The translations under genes were made by a program, and so were the position numbers. The notes beneath the pieces are model-generated. The model was not told the origin of the DNA, searched no databases, and worked only from the letters and a program-made list of their open reading frames with translations. A DNA stretch of 32,000 nt, taken from assembly GCA_942493095.1 (NCBI GenBank), contig OW818675.1, positions 2,430,001 through 2,462,000 on the forward strand, in the 5' to 3' direction. Of this stretch, positions 8,359 to 18,599 are shown piece by piece (the first letter of the stretch is position 1; every line of letters begins with the position of its first letter). Source of the stretch: Candidatus Electronema halotolerans (lineage in GTDB: Bacteria; Desulfobacterota; Desulfobulbia; Desulfobulbales; Desulfobulbaceae).

Positions 8359-9555
8359 TCAGTTCGCCTTCTTGCGGATGTAGGCCGGCTCGTCCCATTC
8401 ACCCAGATCGTTCTGATCATCAAAGACCGGGGCAGGCATGGGCCGCAGACCCTTGGGCACGGGATTGGGCCGGGCAAAGCTGACTGGACGGCGGTCAAGC
8501 GTCCGCTCCGGCTCCTCAATGGCATCTTGGAGCGGGTTGAGGTTCTTCCGCGCCGGACGGCCCACTGCATCCAGCTCAGAGATGGTTCCAGCCTCCCGCT
8601 CCTTGGAAATGCCGGTGGCAATCACTGTCACCCGCAGCTCCTCGCCCATGTTCTCATCGAACAGCGCGCCAATGATGATGTTGGCATCCTCGTGGGCTTT
8701 GTCCTGAATCAGGGCCGAGGCTTCCATGAATTCGTTCATGGTCATGGAGCTGGTGGCCGAGATGTTGATCAGAATGCCGAGGGCACCGTCAATGCCCACA
8801 TCTTCGAGAAGCTGGTTGTCAATGGCCCGCTTGGCCGCCTCGGCAGCCCGGTTCTCGCCTGCTGCCGCGCCGGAACCCATGATGGCCGGGCCGACCTCCT
8901 TCATGACAGTCTTCAGATCGGCAAAGTCAACATTGATGTGGCCGGGCAGATTGATCAGGTCAGTGATGCCCTTGACTGCCTGAAGCAGGACATCATCAAC
9001 CATTTTCATCATCTCCACCAAAGTGGAGTTCTTCTGCATCAGGCCGAGGAGGCGGTCGTTGGGCACGGTGATAATGGTGTCCGCGTTCTTTTTCAGCTCC
9101 TCCCAGCCTGCCTCGGCATTGCGCATCCGCTTCTTGGCTTCAAAGTAGAAGGGCTTGGTCACCACGGCCACGGTCAGCGCGCCCTGCTCCTTGCTCATTT
9201 TGGCGATCACTGGCGAGGCTCCGGTGCCAGTGCCGCCGCCCAGGCCAGCCGTGATGAAGACCATGTCCGCATCCAGAATGGCGCTGCGCAGATCGTCCAG
9301 ACTTTCCTCAGCCGCCTTCCGGCCCATGTCCGGGTCCGCGCCCGCGCCCATGCCCTTGGTCACAGTCGGGCCAAGCTGAATGCGGATGTCAGCCTTGGAT
9401 TTCTCCAAGGCCTGCATGTCGGTGTTGGCGGCAATGAACTGCACCCCGGCCAGCCGGTTTGCGACCATGGTGTTGATGGCGTTGCCGCCGCCACCACCGA
9501 CTCCGATCACCTTGATGACAGCTACTGAATCTTCTTCTTGTGTATTGTATGACAT
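8359..9555 (-). CDS. ftsZ: Cell division GTPase FtsZ, 398 aa
   Basis: Tubulin signature [11 protein letters not shown] is present. ATG start with an upstream GAGGGGG SD. It occupies the canonical position after ftsA. Confidence 0.97.
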   Translation of the reverse strand: MSYNTQEEDSVAVIKVIGVGGGGGNAINTMVANRLAGVQFIAANTDMQALEKSKADIRIQLGPTVTKGMGAGADPDMGRKAAEESLDDLRSAILDADMVFITAGLGGGTGTGASPVIAKMSKEQGALTVAVVTKPFYFEAKKRMRNAEAGWEELKKNADTIITVPNDRLLGLMQKNSTLVEMMKMVDDVLLQAVKGITDLINLPGHINVDFADLKTVMKEVGPAIMGSGAAAGENRAAEAAKRAIDNQLLEDVGIDGALGILINISATSSMTMNEFMEASALIQDKAHEDANIIIGALFDENMGEELRVTVIATGISKEREAGTISELDAVGRPARKNLNPLQDAIEEPERTLDRRPVSFARPNPVPKGLRPMPAPVFDDQNDLGEWDEPAYIRKKAN

Positions 9556-9643
9556 GCTTCCCCCTCAAGCACTCCATGCATCGGGTCAAAAAAAGATGTG
9601 ACGGCTGGCCGCTGCCCCGGCTGCCGCTTGGTTTGTTTCAGCA

Positions 9644-10957
9644 TCATATTATGTTGCGCAGAAAATTTTTCACCTTGAGCAGCAGCGGATGACCGCTTTC
9701 CACGGGCTGGCTGCTGCGGGCCGTGCAGCCGTAGAGCACCAGCCCGACCGCTGTGGTGCAGCGGGGCGATTCAATGTCCTCAACCCTGCCGCCCACGCCT
9801 TGGGGAAAGCTGATCCGCACCGGCATGTCGAAAATTTGTTCAGCCAGCTCAACAATATTGGCCAACAGGGCCGTGCCGCCGGTGATGACCATGCCGGAGT
9901 TGATCCGGTTGCGGTAGCCGGAGCCGCAGAGTTTTTTGTTCACCACTTGCAGTATCTCCTCGATCCGGGCTTCGAGAATCTCAACCAGCACCTTCTGGGA
10001 GACCTTGCGGGCCTTGCGGTCGCCGACCGTGGGCACCTCAAGGATGTGATTGTCCTTGACCAAGGAGGCCAGGGCGCTGCCGTAGCGGTATTTGAGCATC
10101 TCCGCCTCCTGAAGCGGCGTGCGCAGACCCACGGAAAGATCATTGGTCAGATTGTTGCCGCCCAAGGCCAGCTCCCACGTGTATTTGATCGTGCCGTTGC
10201 AGAACACGGCCAGATCCGTGGTGCCGCCGCCAATGTCCAGCAGAGCCACGCCCAGCTCCATTTCGTCAGGGGTCAGCACAGCCTTGGACGAGGCCACAGA
10301 CTCCAGCACCACTTCAGCCACGTTCAGTCCGGCCCGGTTGCAGCTGGTGATCAAATTATGGAGCGAGGTGACATCCGCCGTGACAATATGGACATTGGTG
10401 GCCAAGCGCACCCCGGTCATGCCCATGGGATTCTGAATGCCGGTGTGGTCATCAACCATGTACTCCTGCGGCAGGACATGGATGATCTGCTGATTGTCCG
10501 AGACCTTGACCGTCTGAGCGGCCTGAATGACCGCGTCGATTTCCCGCTGCCGGATCTGCTGGTTGTTGATGGCGATGATGCCCGGCGAGTTGAAGCCTTT
10601 GATATGCGTGCCAGCTATGCCCACATAAACGGTTTCAATATCGCAGCCAGCCATGTCCGAGGCGCTGTCAACGGCTTGACGGATGGCCCGGACAGTTGAT
10701 TCGATATTGACCACCACCCCTTTTTTCATGCCTGACGAGGCGGCAGTGCCCACGCCGATGATGTTGACGCAGCCGTCATCAAACAGCTCGCCGATCACGG
10801 CGCAGATCTTGGTGGTGCCGATGTCCAAGCCAGCCACCAGCTCGCCGGAGCCGCTTTCCCGCAGCGGCGGCGCAGGCGCAATGGCCTGCTCTGTTTCCCG
10901 GCTGGCAGCAGCCGCAGTGTCAGTCTCCTCAAGGATTTTTATATCCAGCTCTTCCAT
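9644..10957 (-). CDS. ftsA: Cell division protein FtsA, 437 aa
   Basis: Actin-like ATPase motifs are present (GLDIGTTKICAV, LDIGGGTTD). It sits between ftsQ and ftsZ. There is a ~40-aa acidic N-terminal extension. Confidence 0.95.
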   Translation of the reverse strand: MEELDIKILEETDTAAAASRETEQAIAPAPPLRESGSGELVAGLDIGTTKICAVIGELFDDGCVNIIGVGTAASSGMKKGVVVNIESTVRAIRQAVDSASDMAGCDIETVYVGIAGTHIKGFNSPGIIAINNQQIRQREIDAVIQAAQTVKVSDNQQIIHVLPQEYMVDDHTGIQNPMGMTGVRLATNVHIVTADVTSLHNLITSCNRAGLNVAEVVLESVASSKAVLTPDEMELGVALLDIGGGTTDLAVFCNGTIKYTWELALGGNNLTNDLSVGLRTPLQEAEMLKYRYGSALASLVKDNHILEVPTVGDRKARKVSQKVLVEILEARIEEILQVVNKKLCGSGYRNRINSGMVITGGTALLANIVELAEQIFDMPVRISFPQGVGGRVEDIESPRCTTAVGLVLYGCTARSSQPVESGHPLLLKVKNFLRNII

Positions 10958-10968
10958 TTGCGCTCCGC

Positions 10969-11916
10969 CTATGGCTCCGTCTTGGACACAAGGATGCGGT
11001 CAGCCTGATAATCCATGCGGATTTCCTTGATATGTTCAATCTTTTCTTTGCTGTACAGCTGTTCGAGCAGTCTGACGAGCTGATAATATCTGGTTCTGAT
11101 ATTACCATATCCTATATGAATAGGAAAGGGGCGTTCCGCAAGATATGCAATAATTCCATTTTCCCGGCTCACGTGAATTTCCGAGAGCGACTGCATGGGC
11201 AGCACAGGGTCGCCCAAGGCGGCAAAATGGAGAAAACGGACCGCCTCTGCCGCTTCCGGGCCAGCCTCCTGGATGTCCGCTGGCAGATGCGGCAGCCGCA
11301 GGCCGGTGACCACGGGAAAATCCAGATCCTGGCCCGGCTCCACTGGGGCAAAGATTTTGCCATTGTGATCAAGATAATACAGGCCAGCATTGTTCTCAAG
11401 GTTGATCAGGGCCAAAGGCCGGTGCTCTTGGACCTCAATTTGCACACTGTATGGCCAGGAGCGATGAATGCTGACATGGTCAATCCACGGATGAGTTTGG
11501 ATGCGCTGCGCCGCCTCTGCTGCATTGAAGCCGAGCATCGGCATGCCCACCCTGATTCCGGCCAAGGCCAGCACCTGCCCTTCAGCCGCCATGCGGCAGC
11601 CCTGCACCGTGACTTTTCGCACAGAAAAAACCTGCGCATGTTCAACAAGATGATACCCCTGCCAGCCAAGAAGCGCAAGCAGCACGGTGAGCAGGCCAGC
11701 CAGCAATGCTGCCTTGGAGAGGCGCGGCAGCCCTGCATTGCCTTGCGCGCCGCCATTTTTTTGGTATGGGCCATTGCCGACCAAAGGCGAGCTGTAGCGG
11801 TTGCCGCCGAATGAAGAGCGGAAGCGGCGGAAGGTGCCGGAACGTCCGGGCCGCTGCTGATGATACCGCCTTTTTTTCGAGCCGACCAACGGGCTTTGCG
11901 ACCGTTTCACCGCCAT
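10969..11916 (-). CDS. ftsQ: Cell division protein FtsQ (POTRA domain), 315 aa
   Basis: A basic cytoplasmic tail is followed by one TM segment (AALLAGLLTVLLALLGW) and then a POTRA-like VRKVTVQG... region. It occupies the position upstream of ftsA and overlaps murB by 10 nt. Confidence 0.85.
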   Translation of the reverse strand: MAVKRSQSPLVGSKKRRYHQQRPGRSGTFRRFRSSFGGNRYSSPLVGNGPYQKNGGAQGNAGLPRLSKAALLAGLLTVLLALLGWQGYHLVEHAQVFSVRKVTVQGCRMAAEGQVLALAGIRVGMPMLGFNAAEAAQRIQTHPWIDHVSIHRSWPYSVQIEVQEHRPLALINLENNAGLYYLDHNGKIFAPVEPGQDLDFPVVTGLRLPHLPADIQEAGPEAAEAVRFLHFAALGDPVLPMQSLSEIHVSRENGIIAYLAERPFPIHIGYGNIRTRYYQLVRLLEQLYSKEKIEHIKEIRMDYQADRILVSKTEP

Positions 11917-12851
11917 GCTGCTGCCTCGTCAATGATCCGCACCTCCGGCTCAAGCCGGATGCCGAAGCGGGCTGCAACTGCTGCCTGCACCTGCTCCATC
12001 AGCGTGATAATATCTGCTGCCGATGCGCCGCCGCTGTTGACCAAAAAGTTGGCATGAACCGGCGAAACCATCGCTCCGCCGCAGCGCAGTCCTTTCAGTC
12101 CGGCAGCCTCAATCAGTCTGCCCGCAACGTCGCCGGGCGGATTTTTGAAAAACGAGCCTGCCGAAGCTGTGCCTACAGGCTGCTTGCCCTTTCTTTGTGC
12201 CAAATAGGCAGCACAGCGGCGGCGGCTATTTTCTTCATGATCAGGACTGAGGCGGAACACAGCGGCTGTGATGACCAGCTCGGCCAAGCTGCCCTCAGTC
12301 AAGGCCAGATTGCGGTAGCTCAGGCGCAGGTTCTCTGCCGGAATTTGTTGGACATGGCCTTGCCGGTCAACCGCTTCCAGCTCCAGCAGACAGGAACCAA
12401 TCTCCTGCCCCCAAGCCCCGGCATTCATCCGCACTGCCCCGCCCACAGAGCCGGGAATGCCGACTAAGAATTCCAGTCCGGCCAAGCCGTGTTTGCTGCA
12501 CCACGCAACGAATCTGCCCAGTGGACAGCCTGCTCCGGCTTTGATGATTCCAGCTTCGTCACGGCGTTCCTGCACAGTCACGGCATTGAATGCACCTTTA
12601 AGCCGGATGATCGCCCCAGACCAGCCGCTGTCCGCAACAAGGAGATTGGAGCCGCGTCCGATGACCAAAAATGTAATCTGCTCCTCAGCCAAGAAAGCGA
12701 GCAGACGGGATAATTCCTCTACATTCTCCACATCGATCAGAGCTGCCGCCCTGCCGCCCGCCCGCAGAGTGCAGCAGGCGGCCATGTCCGCATCAAACTG
12801 CACCTTGGCCAGCCCGCAGGCCGCCAGCCGCTCACGCTGCTGCTGATTCAT
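11907..12851 (-). CDS. murB: UDP-N-acetylenolpyruvoylglucosamine reductase MurB, 314 aa
   Basis: FAD-binding region (VIGRGSNLLV) and C-terminal MurB-type sequence (GSFFKNP...AGRLIE) are present. It overlaps murC by 4 nt. Confidence 0.92.
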   Translation of the reverse strand: MNQQQRERLAACGLAKVQFDADMAACCTLRAGGRAAALIDVENVEELSRLLAFLAEEQITFLVIGRGSNLLVADSGWSGAIIRLKGAFNAVTVQERRDEAGIIKAGAGCPLGRFVAWCSKHGLAGLEFLVGIPGSVGGAVRMNAGAWGQEIGSCLLELEAVDRQGHVQQIPAENLRLSYRNLALTEGSLAELVITAAVFRLSPDHEENSRRRCAAYLAQRKGKQPVGTASAGSFFKNPPGDVAGRLIEAAGLKGLRCGGAMVSPVHANFLVNSGGASAADIITLMEQVQAAVAARFGIRLEPEVRIIDEAAAWR

Positions 12852-14257
12852 CGGCCAAGCTGACCGAGGGCAAAGGCTTTCTGTTTCAGAAGCTGCAAAA
12901 GCTGCTCGCCGACTTGAACAATGTTGCCTGCGCCCAAGGTCAGAACCAGATCGCCTTGTTCGGTGAAATCGAGCAGATCAGCGGGCAGCGTCTCTATGTT
13001 GGCATGATGATGGGCATTCCGGTGGCCATGCTGCCGGATTGCCTCCAGCAGGGCCGCGCTGCTCACGCCCTCAATAGGCTGCTCGCTGGCCGCATAAATA
13101 TCTGCGAGAATCAGCACATCCGCCCGGTAAAAGGCGGTGGCAAAGTCGTTGAACAAACCCTTGGTGCGGCTGTAGCGGTGGGGCTGGAAAACGACAATCA
13201 GGCGGCGGTCAGGCCAGCCTTCGCGGACTGCATCCAAGGTGGCCCGAATTTCGGTCGGATGATGGCCATAGTCATCCACCACCAGAATGCCCTCCTGCTC
13301 GCCCTTGATTTGCAGCCGCCGCTGCACCCCTTGGAATTTTTCCAACGCATGGGCAATGACCGGAAATTCAATCTCCAGCTCCACGGCCACGGCAATGGCG
13401 GCCAAGGAATTAAGAATCACATGCCGTCCCGGCGTGTTGCGCCGCGCCCGGCCCAGCTCTTGGCCTTGAAAATAAACCGAAAACTCGCTGCCAAAGTGCT
13501 GCCGCTCAATTTTTGCCGCATGAAGATCAGCCTGCTCGGTCAGGCCGTAGGTGATTTTGCGCCGCTCTATCTGCGGCAGCAGGCTGGCGACATTGGCATC
13601 ATCCAGACAAAGCACGGCTGCACCGTAAAAAGGAATGCGGCTGATGAATTCAAGAAAGGTTTCTTTAACGTGGTCAAGGTTGCGGTAATAATCCACATGC
13701 TCAAAGTCGATGTTGGTGATTACCTCAATCACTGGCGAGAGCTTGAGGAACGAGCCGTCGCTTTCGTCCGCCTCAGCAACCATGAATTCGCCATCGCCGA
13801 GCAGGGCGTTGCTGCCGCCAAAGCAGTCAACTTTGCCGCCCACAGCCACGGTCGGTTCCAGCCCGGCCTCATGCAGAACTGAGGCGATCAGCGAGGAGGT
13901 GGATGTCTTGCCGTGACTGCCTGCCACAGCAATGCCGTAGCGTTTGAGACGCATCAGCTCGGCCAGCATCTCGGCCCGCTGGATCACGGGAATCTGTTGC
14001 TCGCGGGCGGCCAAGACTTCAGGGTTGTCCGGGGCCACGGCTGAGGAGATGACCACCACGTCTGCGCCATTAACTCTGTCCGCCTGATGGCCCTGATACA
14101 CGACCGCGCCGAAGTTCTCAAGACGGCGGGTAATGTCGCTGCTGCACAGGTCTGAGCCGCTGACCTTGCAGCCCAGATAAAGGAGCAGCTCGGCAATCCC
14201 GGACATGCCGATGCCGCCAATGCCGACAAAATGAATCTGCTTGTTTTTTTTGTACAT
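12848..14257 (-). CDS. murC: UDP-N-acetylmuramate--L-alanine ligase MurC, 469 aa
   Basis: N-terminal IHFVGIGGIGMSGIAE and the Mur ligase P-loop GSHGKTSTSS are present. Confidence 0.95.
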   Translation of the reverse strand: MYKKNKQIHFVGIGGIGMSGIAELLLYLGCKVSGSDLCSSDITRRLENFGAVVYQGHQADRVNGADVVVISSAVAPDNPEVLAAREQQIPVIQRAEMLAELMRLKRYGIAVAGSHGKTSTSSLIASVLHEAGLEPTVAVGGKVDCFGGSNALLGDGEFMVAEADESDGSFLKLSPVIEVITNIDFEHVDYYRNLDHVKETFLEFISRIPFYGAAVLCLDDANVASLLPQIERRKITYGLTEQADLHAAKIERQHFGSEFSVYFQGQELGRARRNTPGRHVILNSLAAIAVAVELEIEFPVIAHALEKFQGVQRRLQIKGEQEGILVVDDYGHHPTEIRATLDAVREGWPDRRLIVVFQPHRYSRTKGLFNDFATAFYRADVLILADIYAASEQPIEGVSSAALLEAIRQHGHRNAHHHANIETLPADLLDFTEQGDLVLTLGAGNIVQVGEQLLQLLKQKAFALGQLGR

Positions 14258-14298
14258 ATTTTATTTGTGTCAGCAAGAGCGGCTGCAAGAGTCTGCTC

Positions 14299-15387
14299 TT
14301 ACGCTTTTTCAATCAATTTCATGCACTCAGTCAATATTCGCTCTGCCGCGTCCGGTACTGCCATTCGCCGCATGGCCGCGCCCATTCGAGTCAGCTTGTC
14401 CGCATCTTCGGCCAGCAGCATGAGCACGGCAGCGAGCCGTCTGCCGTCCAGCTCCTCTTCCCTATACATCTTTGCCCCGCCGCCTGCAAGATAATATCCG
14501 GCATTGGCCGCCTGATGGTCATCTGCTGCGTAGGGATAGGGGATGAGCAAGGCAGGCAGACCTGTCACGGCCAGTTCGGCTAACGAAGTCGCTCCGGCCC
14601 GGGCCACGGCCAGATCAGCCTGCGCATAGACAGCAGCCATGTCTTTGAAAAAAGGCGCAACTTCAGCGACAATGCCTGCGGCGGCATAACCTGCCCGCAC
14701 TTCATCGGCATCCGCCGCGCCGGTCTGGTGAATCAGGCGGAAGGGAAAAGGGTTTCGTTCTCTGATGTGCTGCGCCGCCTCCAGCATCAGCATGTTGACC
14801 CGATGCGCGCCAAGGCTGCCGCCCATGACCAAGAACGTCAGCGGCCTGGTTGGCCTTCTCACCTGCCTGCGCTCGGCAGCGGCGAGTATTTCCTTGCGCA
14901 CTGGATTGCCGGAGACCACGGTCTTGGCAGGCGGAAAGGGATAACTGCCTGGAATGGAAACAAAGACTTTGTTGACAAAGCGGGCCGTGAGCCAGTTGGC
15001 CAGACCGGGGATTGCATTCTGCTCATGAATGCAGGCCGGAATGCCGAGCAGTTTGGCTGCTACAAGCACCGGCCCGGTGACATAGCCGCCCACGCCAAAG
15101 ACCAGCGCAGGCTGGAATTGCTTGATGATTCGGCAGGCCTCTGCAATCGCCTTGGGCAGGCTGATCAGGCTTTTGAGACGATGGGCCAGCCCCATGCCCT
15201 TGAGGCCCATGCAGGCAATGGCTTCCTGCTGAAAACCAAGCCCAGCCAGCGCGTCGCGGTCAAGCTGCCGCTGGGTGCCGATGAAAAGTATTTCGCAGCC
15301 AGGAAACCGCTGCCGCAAACTCTCTGCCAAGGCAATGCCGGGAAAGAGATGGCCGCCAGTGCCGCCGCCAGTGATGATGATGCGCAT
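14299..15387 (-). CDS. murG: Lipid II synthase MurG (UDP-GlcNAc transferase), 362 aa from ATG 15387
   Basis: MRIIITGGGTGGHLFPGIA is the canonical MurG N-terminus. The ORF-track start at 15477 is a TTG that would add 30 non-conserved residues, so ATG 15385-15387 is preferred. Confidence 0.92.
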   Translation of the reverse strand: MRIIITGGGTGGHLFPGIALAESLRQRFPGCEILFIGTQRQLDRDALAGLGFQQEAIACMGLKGMGLAHRLKSLISLPKAIAEACRIIKQFQPALVFGVGGYVTGPVLVAAKLLGIPACIHEQNAIPGLANWLTARFVNKVFVSIPGSYPFPPAKTVVSGNPVRKEILAAAERRQVRRPTRPLTFLVMGGSLGAHRVNMLMLEAAQHIRERNPFPFRLIHQTGAADADEVRAGYAAAGIVAEVAPFFKDMAAVYAQADLAVARAGATSLAELAVTGLPALLIPYPYAADDHQAANAGYYLAGGGAKMYREEELDGRRLAAVLMLLAEDADKLTRMGAAMRRMAVPDAAERILTECMKLIEKA

Positions 15388-15509
15388 TCCGCTTGTCCGT
15401 GTTTTTGAGGTGAGTGCGGAAATTCTTAACTGCGGCGGCAGGAGATTGCAAGAGAAAAACAGGGCCGCCCTGCCCAAGAGCAGGACGGGCGGGGTGAAAC
15501 CGGGAACTG

Positions 15510-15917
15510 TCAGACAGCGGTGGTCTGTCCGTTTTCCTCGCGCAGCTCCTCCATTGCCCGGCTGACAGCCTCTTTCAGCTCATCCATGCGGAACGGCTTG
15601 GCCATGAACTCAAAAACCCCGCCCTGCACTGCCGCCGCTTCCAGCTCCTGACTGGGATAGCCGGTGATCATGATCACCTTGGCCTTGGGGTTGAGCTGCA
15701 TGACACGGCCAAGCACGGCCAAGCCGTTCATCTCCTCCATCCTGTAGTCAGTGATGACAATGCTGAACCGCTCCTCAGCCATTGCCTCCATTGCCCGGAC
15801 AGGATTGGTGAAAATAACTGTCTCAATGCCGCTCTTGCCAAAGACCTGCTGGAGGCGTTTGCCGATGATCGGCTCATCGTCAACAATGAGCAGCCGCGCT
15901 GCTGGGTTTCTCTTCAT
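15510..15917 (-). CDS. Stand-alone CheY-like response regulator receiver, 135 aa
   Basis: Acidic pair LIVDDE, phospho-acceptor Asp in VITDYRM, Thr in IMITGY and Lys in MAKPF are all present. There is no output domain. It starts 18 nt after the upstream ORF's stop. Confidence 0.9.
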   Translation of the reverse strand: MKRNPAARLLIVDDEPIIGKRLQQVFGKSGIETVIFTNPVRAMEAMAEERFSIVITDYRMEEMNGLAVLGRVMQLNPKAKVIMITGYPSQELEAAAVQGGVFEFMAKPFRMDELKEAVSRAMEELREENGQTTAV

Positions 15918-15935
15918 AAGTTCCTGCTGTTCCGG

Positions 15936-18548
15936 TTAAATCACTGCCTCGTAATTGCCTTGGAGAAAGGCTTCCGCATACTGCTGGACAATCTCGTCGC
16001 TTTCCATGCGCACATCAAGCTGGCGGGTGAAGCCGACCAGCCGTCCCAGAATGTCCAAGGTGCGTTCGGCCTCGCTCTGCGGGATGTGCGAGAGCCGGGC
16101 TGTGACCAAGTCGCCCTTGGTCTGGACATTGAACTCAAACTCCTTGAGAATCAGGGCGATCATGGCGGTGCGCCGCGACCGCTTGGCCATGTCTGTGGCC
16201 CCGCCTAAGAAGCGGTAGTAGAGATGGTTGTTCTGTTCCGCCGCGCCGCAGTGCGCGTCAATGATGTTGTAATGATACCCTAAGCGGAAGCAGAGGTTGA
16301 CATAATCCTCGCCAATGATGGCGATGTTGTGGCCTGTATATTGCTTGGAGGCCATGTCGTGATCCGCATTGAACATGCTGTTCATCAGGTCGCGGAAGCC
16401 GACTGGCATGGGGTCTCGGTGCCAGACACCAGGATAGAGCATTCCTTTGAGGATGGCCCGGAACGGCGCGGAAGCAATGGCCTCCGGCGGGATGTCACCG
16501 GTCGGCGGCGCATCCTGGGCCAAGCCGCCGCCTATGTCAATGACCAGAATGCCGGTGGGGATGGGCAGTTCCATGCGGCGGACAATATTGCCCTGCACCA
16601 GCTGCCGCTCATCGCTGCCCAGATGGACCATCTCCTGCACTGCCGACTCATGGGCAAAGCGGAGAATGTCGTGATAGGTGCTGCAGCCGCCAATGTTGAA
16701 GTTCTGCATCATCGGATCGACCAGATGCAGCTCGGAGACTATTTTCAAGAGCCGCCGGAGGATGCGGAACTCGCGGCTGGCTAAGATGTTGATGCTGGAA
16801 ATGGTCCGATAGACCAGCAGCTCCTCGATCTGGCCCCGGTAGATGCGGCGGTCTTCCGCATCCACAGTGATCAGCTCGCCCTCGCTGACCTTGCTGAGAA
16901 TGCCCTCCACGCTGACAAGGCAGGGAACGTGGAATTCCCGGCAGATGGTGGACATGTGGCTGACCGGAGTGCCGATCTCGGTGATGACTGCGGCAGCCCG
17001 ATGGAGGAACTTGACCAAGCGGGAGGAGTCGCGGCGGACCACCAGCACTGAGCCTTCCGGGAAGCTGCCGTCCTCCTCGCTCAGATTGCTGACCTTATGC
17101 ACTGGCCCGGCCCCGATGCCGCGCCGGGCCACCCGGCCCTGTCCCTGGCTGATGATTTCATGCTTTTCCAAGCAGGACGGATGCACCTTTTCTTGGGCCT
17201 GCGTGTCAGCCAGAAGCAAGGGCCGGGTTTGAAGGATGAAGAGCTGGCCAGCCTTGTCAATGGCCCATTCCACATCTTGGGCGCGCTTGAAATGGGCTTC
17301 CAAGTGCAGGGCCTGCTGCCCCAGCAGGAGCAGCTCCTCATCGCTGAGGCAGGGCTGGCGCCGCTGCTCCGCATCAATGGCTTGGACAGTCAGGCCGCTT
17401 CCGGCAGCCAAGAACAACCCCGCCCTTTTTTCAGCCACATAGCGGACACCAATGCTCAGGGGCGGCCCTTTGCGGAGCTGAAAGGTGTCGGTGGCAGTGC
17501 CGCCTTCGACCACCGCCTCGCCTTGGCCCCAGGCTGCGACCACCACCATCAGGTCATGCGAGAGCTGCATGGTGTCAACCGAAAAGACAATGCCGCTGGT
17601 GCGCGAGTCAATCATGCGCTGACAGACCACGGCAATGGCCATCCGGTTCTCATCCGGCAGGAAACGCCGCCAGTAGGAGATGGCCCCGGCTGAGAAGAGG
17701 CTGGCCATGACCTCGCGGGCGGCGGCAAAGACCGCCTCGGTCTGGGCCGGCACATTGAGGATGGAGCGGAACTGGCCAGCCCAGGAGAAATCCATGTCCT
17801 CTTCCTGGGCCGAGCTGCGCACCGCCAGAAAGAGCGGCTCCTCCGTCTTGGGCATGGCCCGCATGGCCTTGCTGAGATTTTCGATCAGCTCCGGCGGCGG
17901 CGCGGCAGCCAGGATGCCCTGTTCGAGCGACTGGCGCACCGCCTCCAGCCGCTCGGCATCCGCATCTTGGTCTGCCATCAGCTCTTCAAACTGTGTCAGC
18001 TGCTCGCGCAGGCCATTGTGATTGATCAGGTCATGATAGGCTTTGGCGGTGATGACAAAGCCCTCCGGCACCCGCAGCAGGGGATCATGACGCATCTGCG
18101 CCAAATGTCCGGCCTTGCCGCCCACCAAGGCCCAGTTGCGGGGCCGTATCTCATCAAAGTGGAGAATCTGCGGCCCTTCCCGGTCCTCCTTGCCAGCTAA
18201 GGTCAGGCGGAGGTCATCGCTCAGGCGTTCATGCACCGCATAGAGGCCAAGATGACGGTTATTGCACAGCTCATTGACGGCGGCTATAGAGGTCTGCACC
18301 GCCTCGATGAGCTGCTCGGTCGAACCTTCTATGTAATGAATGTCAAAAAGATAATCACCGCCCAGCTTCTCGCCCATGTCGGCGATGATCTCCAAGGCCT
18401 TGCTGTTGCTGGCCAGCACCTTCTGGAAGCGTTCAAAGACTTCACGCGGGCTGACCGGCTGCCGCCGCTTGGGCAGCAGGGACAGCAGCCATTCCCAGAG
18501 CATGCGGAGACTCATGCCCTGGGCAGGCAGCACTTCAGGCTGATTCAT
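15936..18548 (-). CDS. PEP-utilizing-enzyme family protein: PPDK_N-like ATP-grasp, swivel phosphohistidine domain and an unassigned C-terminal domain, 870 aa
   Basis: An ATP-grasp-type region follows GGKAGHLAQM. The mobile domain carries a conserved His (EIGTPVSHMSTICREFHVPC). I do not recognise the C-terminal ~290 aa as the usual TIM-barrel PEP/pyruvate domain. Confidence 0.75.
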   Translation of the reverse strand: MNQPEVLPAQGMSLRMLWEWLLSLLPKRRQPVSPREVFERFQKVLASNSKALEIIADMGEKLGGDYLFDIHYIEGSTEQLIEAVQTSIAAVNELCNNRHLGLYAVHERLSDDLRLTLAGKEDREGPQILHFDEIRPRNWALVGGKAGHLAQMRHDPLLRVPEGFVITAKAYHDLINHNGLREQLTQFEELMADQDADAERLEAVRQSLEQGILAAAPPPELIENLSKAMRAMPKTEEPLFLAVRSSAQEEDMDFSWAGQFRSILNVPAQTEAVFAAAREVMASLFSAGAISYWRRFLPDENRMAIAVVCQRMIDSRTSGIVFSVDTMQLSHDLMVVVAAWGQGEAVVEGGTATDTFQLRKGPPLSIGVRYVAEKRAGLFLAAGSGLTVQAIDAEQRRQPCLSDEELLLLGQQALHLEAHFKRAQDVEWAIDKAGQLFILQTRPLLLADTQAQEKVHPSCLEKHEIISQGQGRVARRGIGAGPVHKVSNLSEEDGSFPEGSVLVVRRDSSRLVKFLHRAAAVITEIGTPVSHMSTICREFHVPCLVSVEGILSKVSEGELITVDAEDRRIYRGQIEELLVYRTISSINILASREFRILRRLLKIVSELHLVDPMMQNFNIGGCSTYHDILRFAHESAVQEMVHLGSDERQLVQGNIVRRMELPIPTGILVIDIGGGLAQDAPPTGDIPPEAIASAPFRAILKGMLYPGVWHRDPMPVGFRDLMNSMFNADHDMASKQYTGHNIAIIGEDYVNLCFRLGYHYNIIDAHCGAAEQNNHLYYRFLGGATDMAKRSRRTAMIALILKEFEFNVQTKGDLVTARLSHIPQSEAERTLDILGRLVGFTRQLDVRMESDEIVQQYAEAFLQGNYEAVI

Positions 18549-18599
18549 AGTCGTTCCATTCCCGCTGCGGGAAGTCCGAAGAAGTTTCTGCGCAGCACG

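Noticed and set aside
8161-9528. 455-aa plus-strand ORF antisense to ftsZ and the start of the radical SAM gene.
   Set aside because: It lies entirely opposite two genes with unmistakable family motifs. Its Ala/Gly/Arg/His-rich, low-complexity translation is typical of stop-poor antisense frames in GC-rich DNA. It has no SD or start context.
204-13882. Other long antisense or overlapping ORFs in the track (for example 204-1031, 3893-4567, 9689-10699, 11032-11814, 11706-12467, 12914-13882).
   Set aside because: Each overlaps a confidently identified gene on the opposite strand or in another frame. None shows a recognisable motif.
15388-15477. 30-codon TTG-initiated extension of murG.
   Set aside because: The canonical MurG N-terminus MRIIITGGGTGGH starts at ATG 15387. 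The extension is non-conserved in appearance and overlaps the putative terminator region of the receiver gene.
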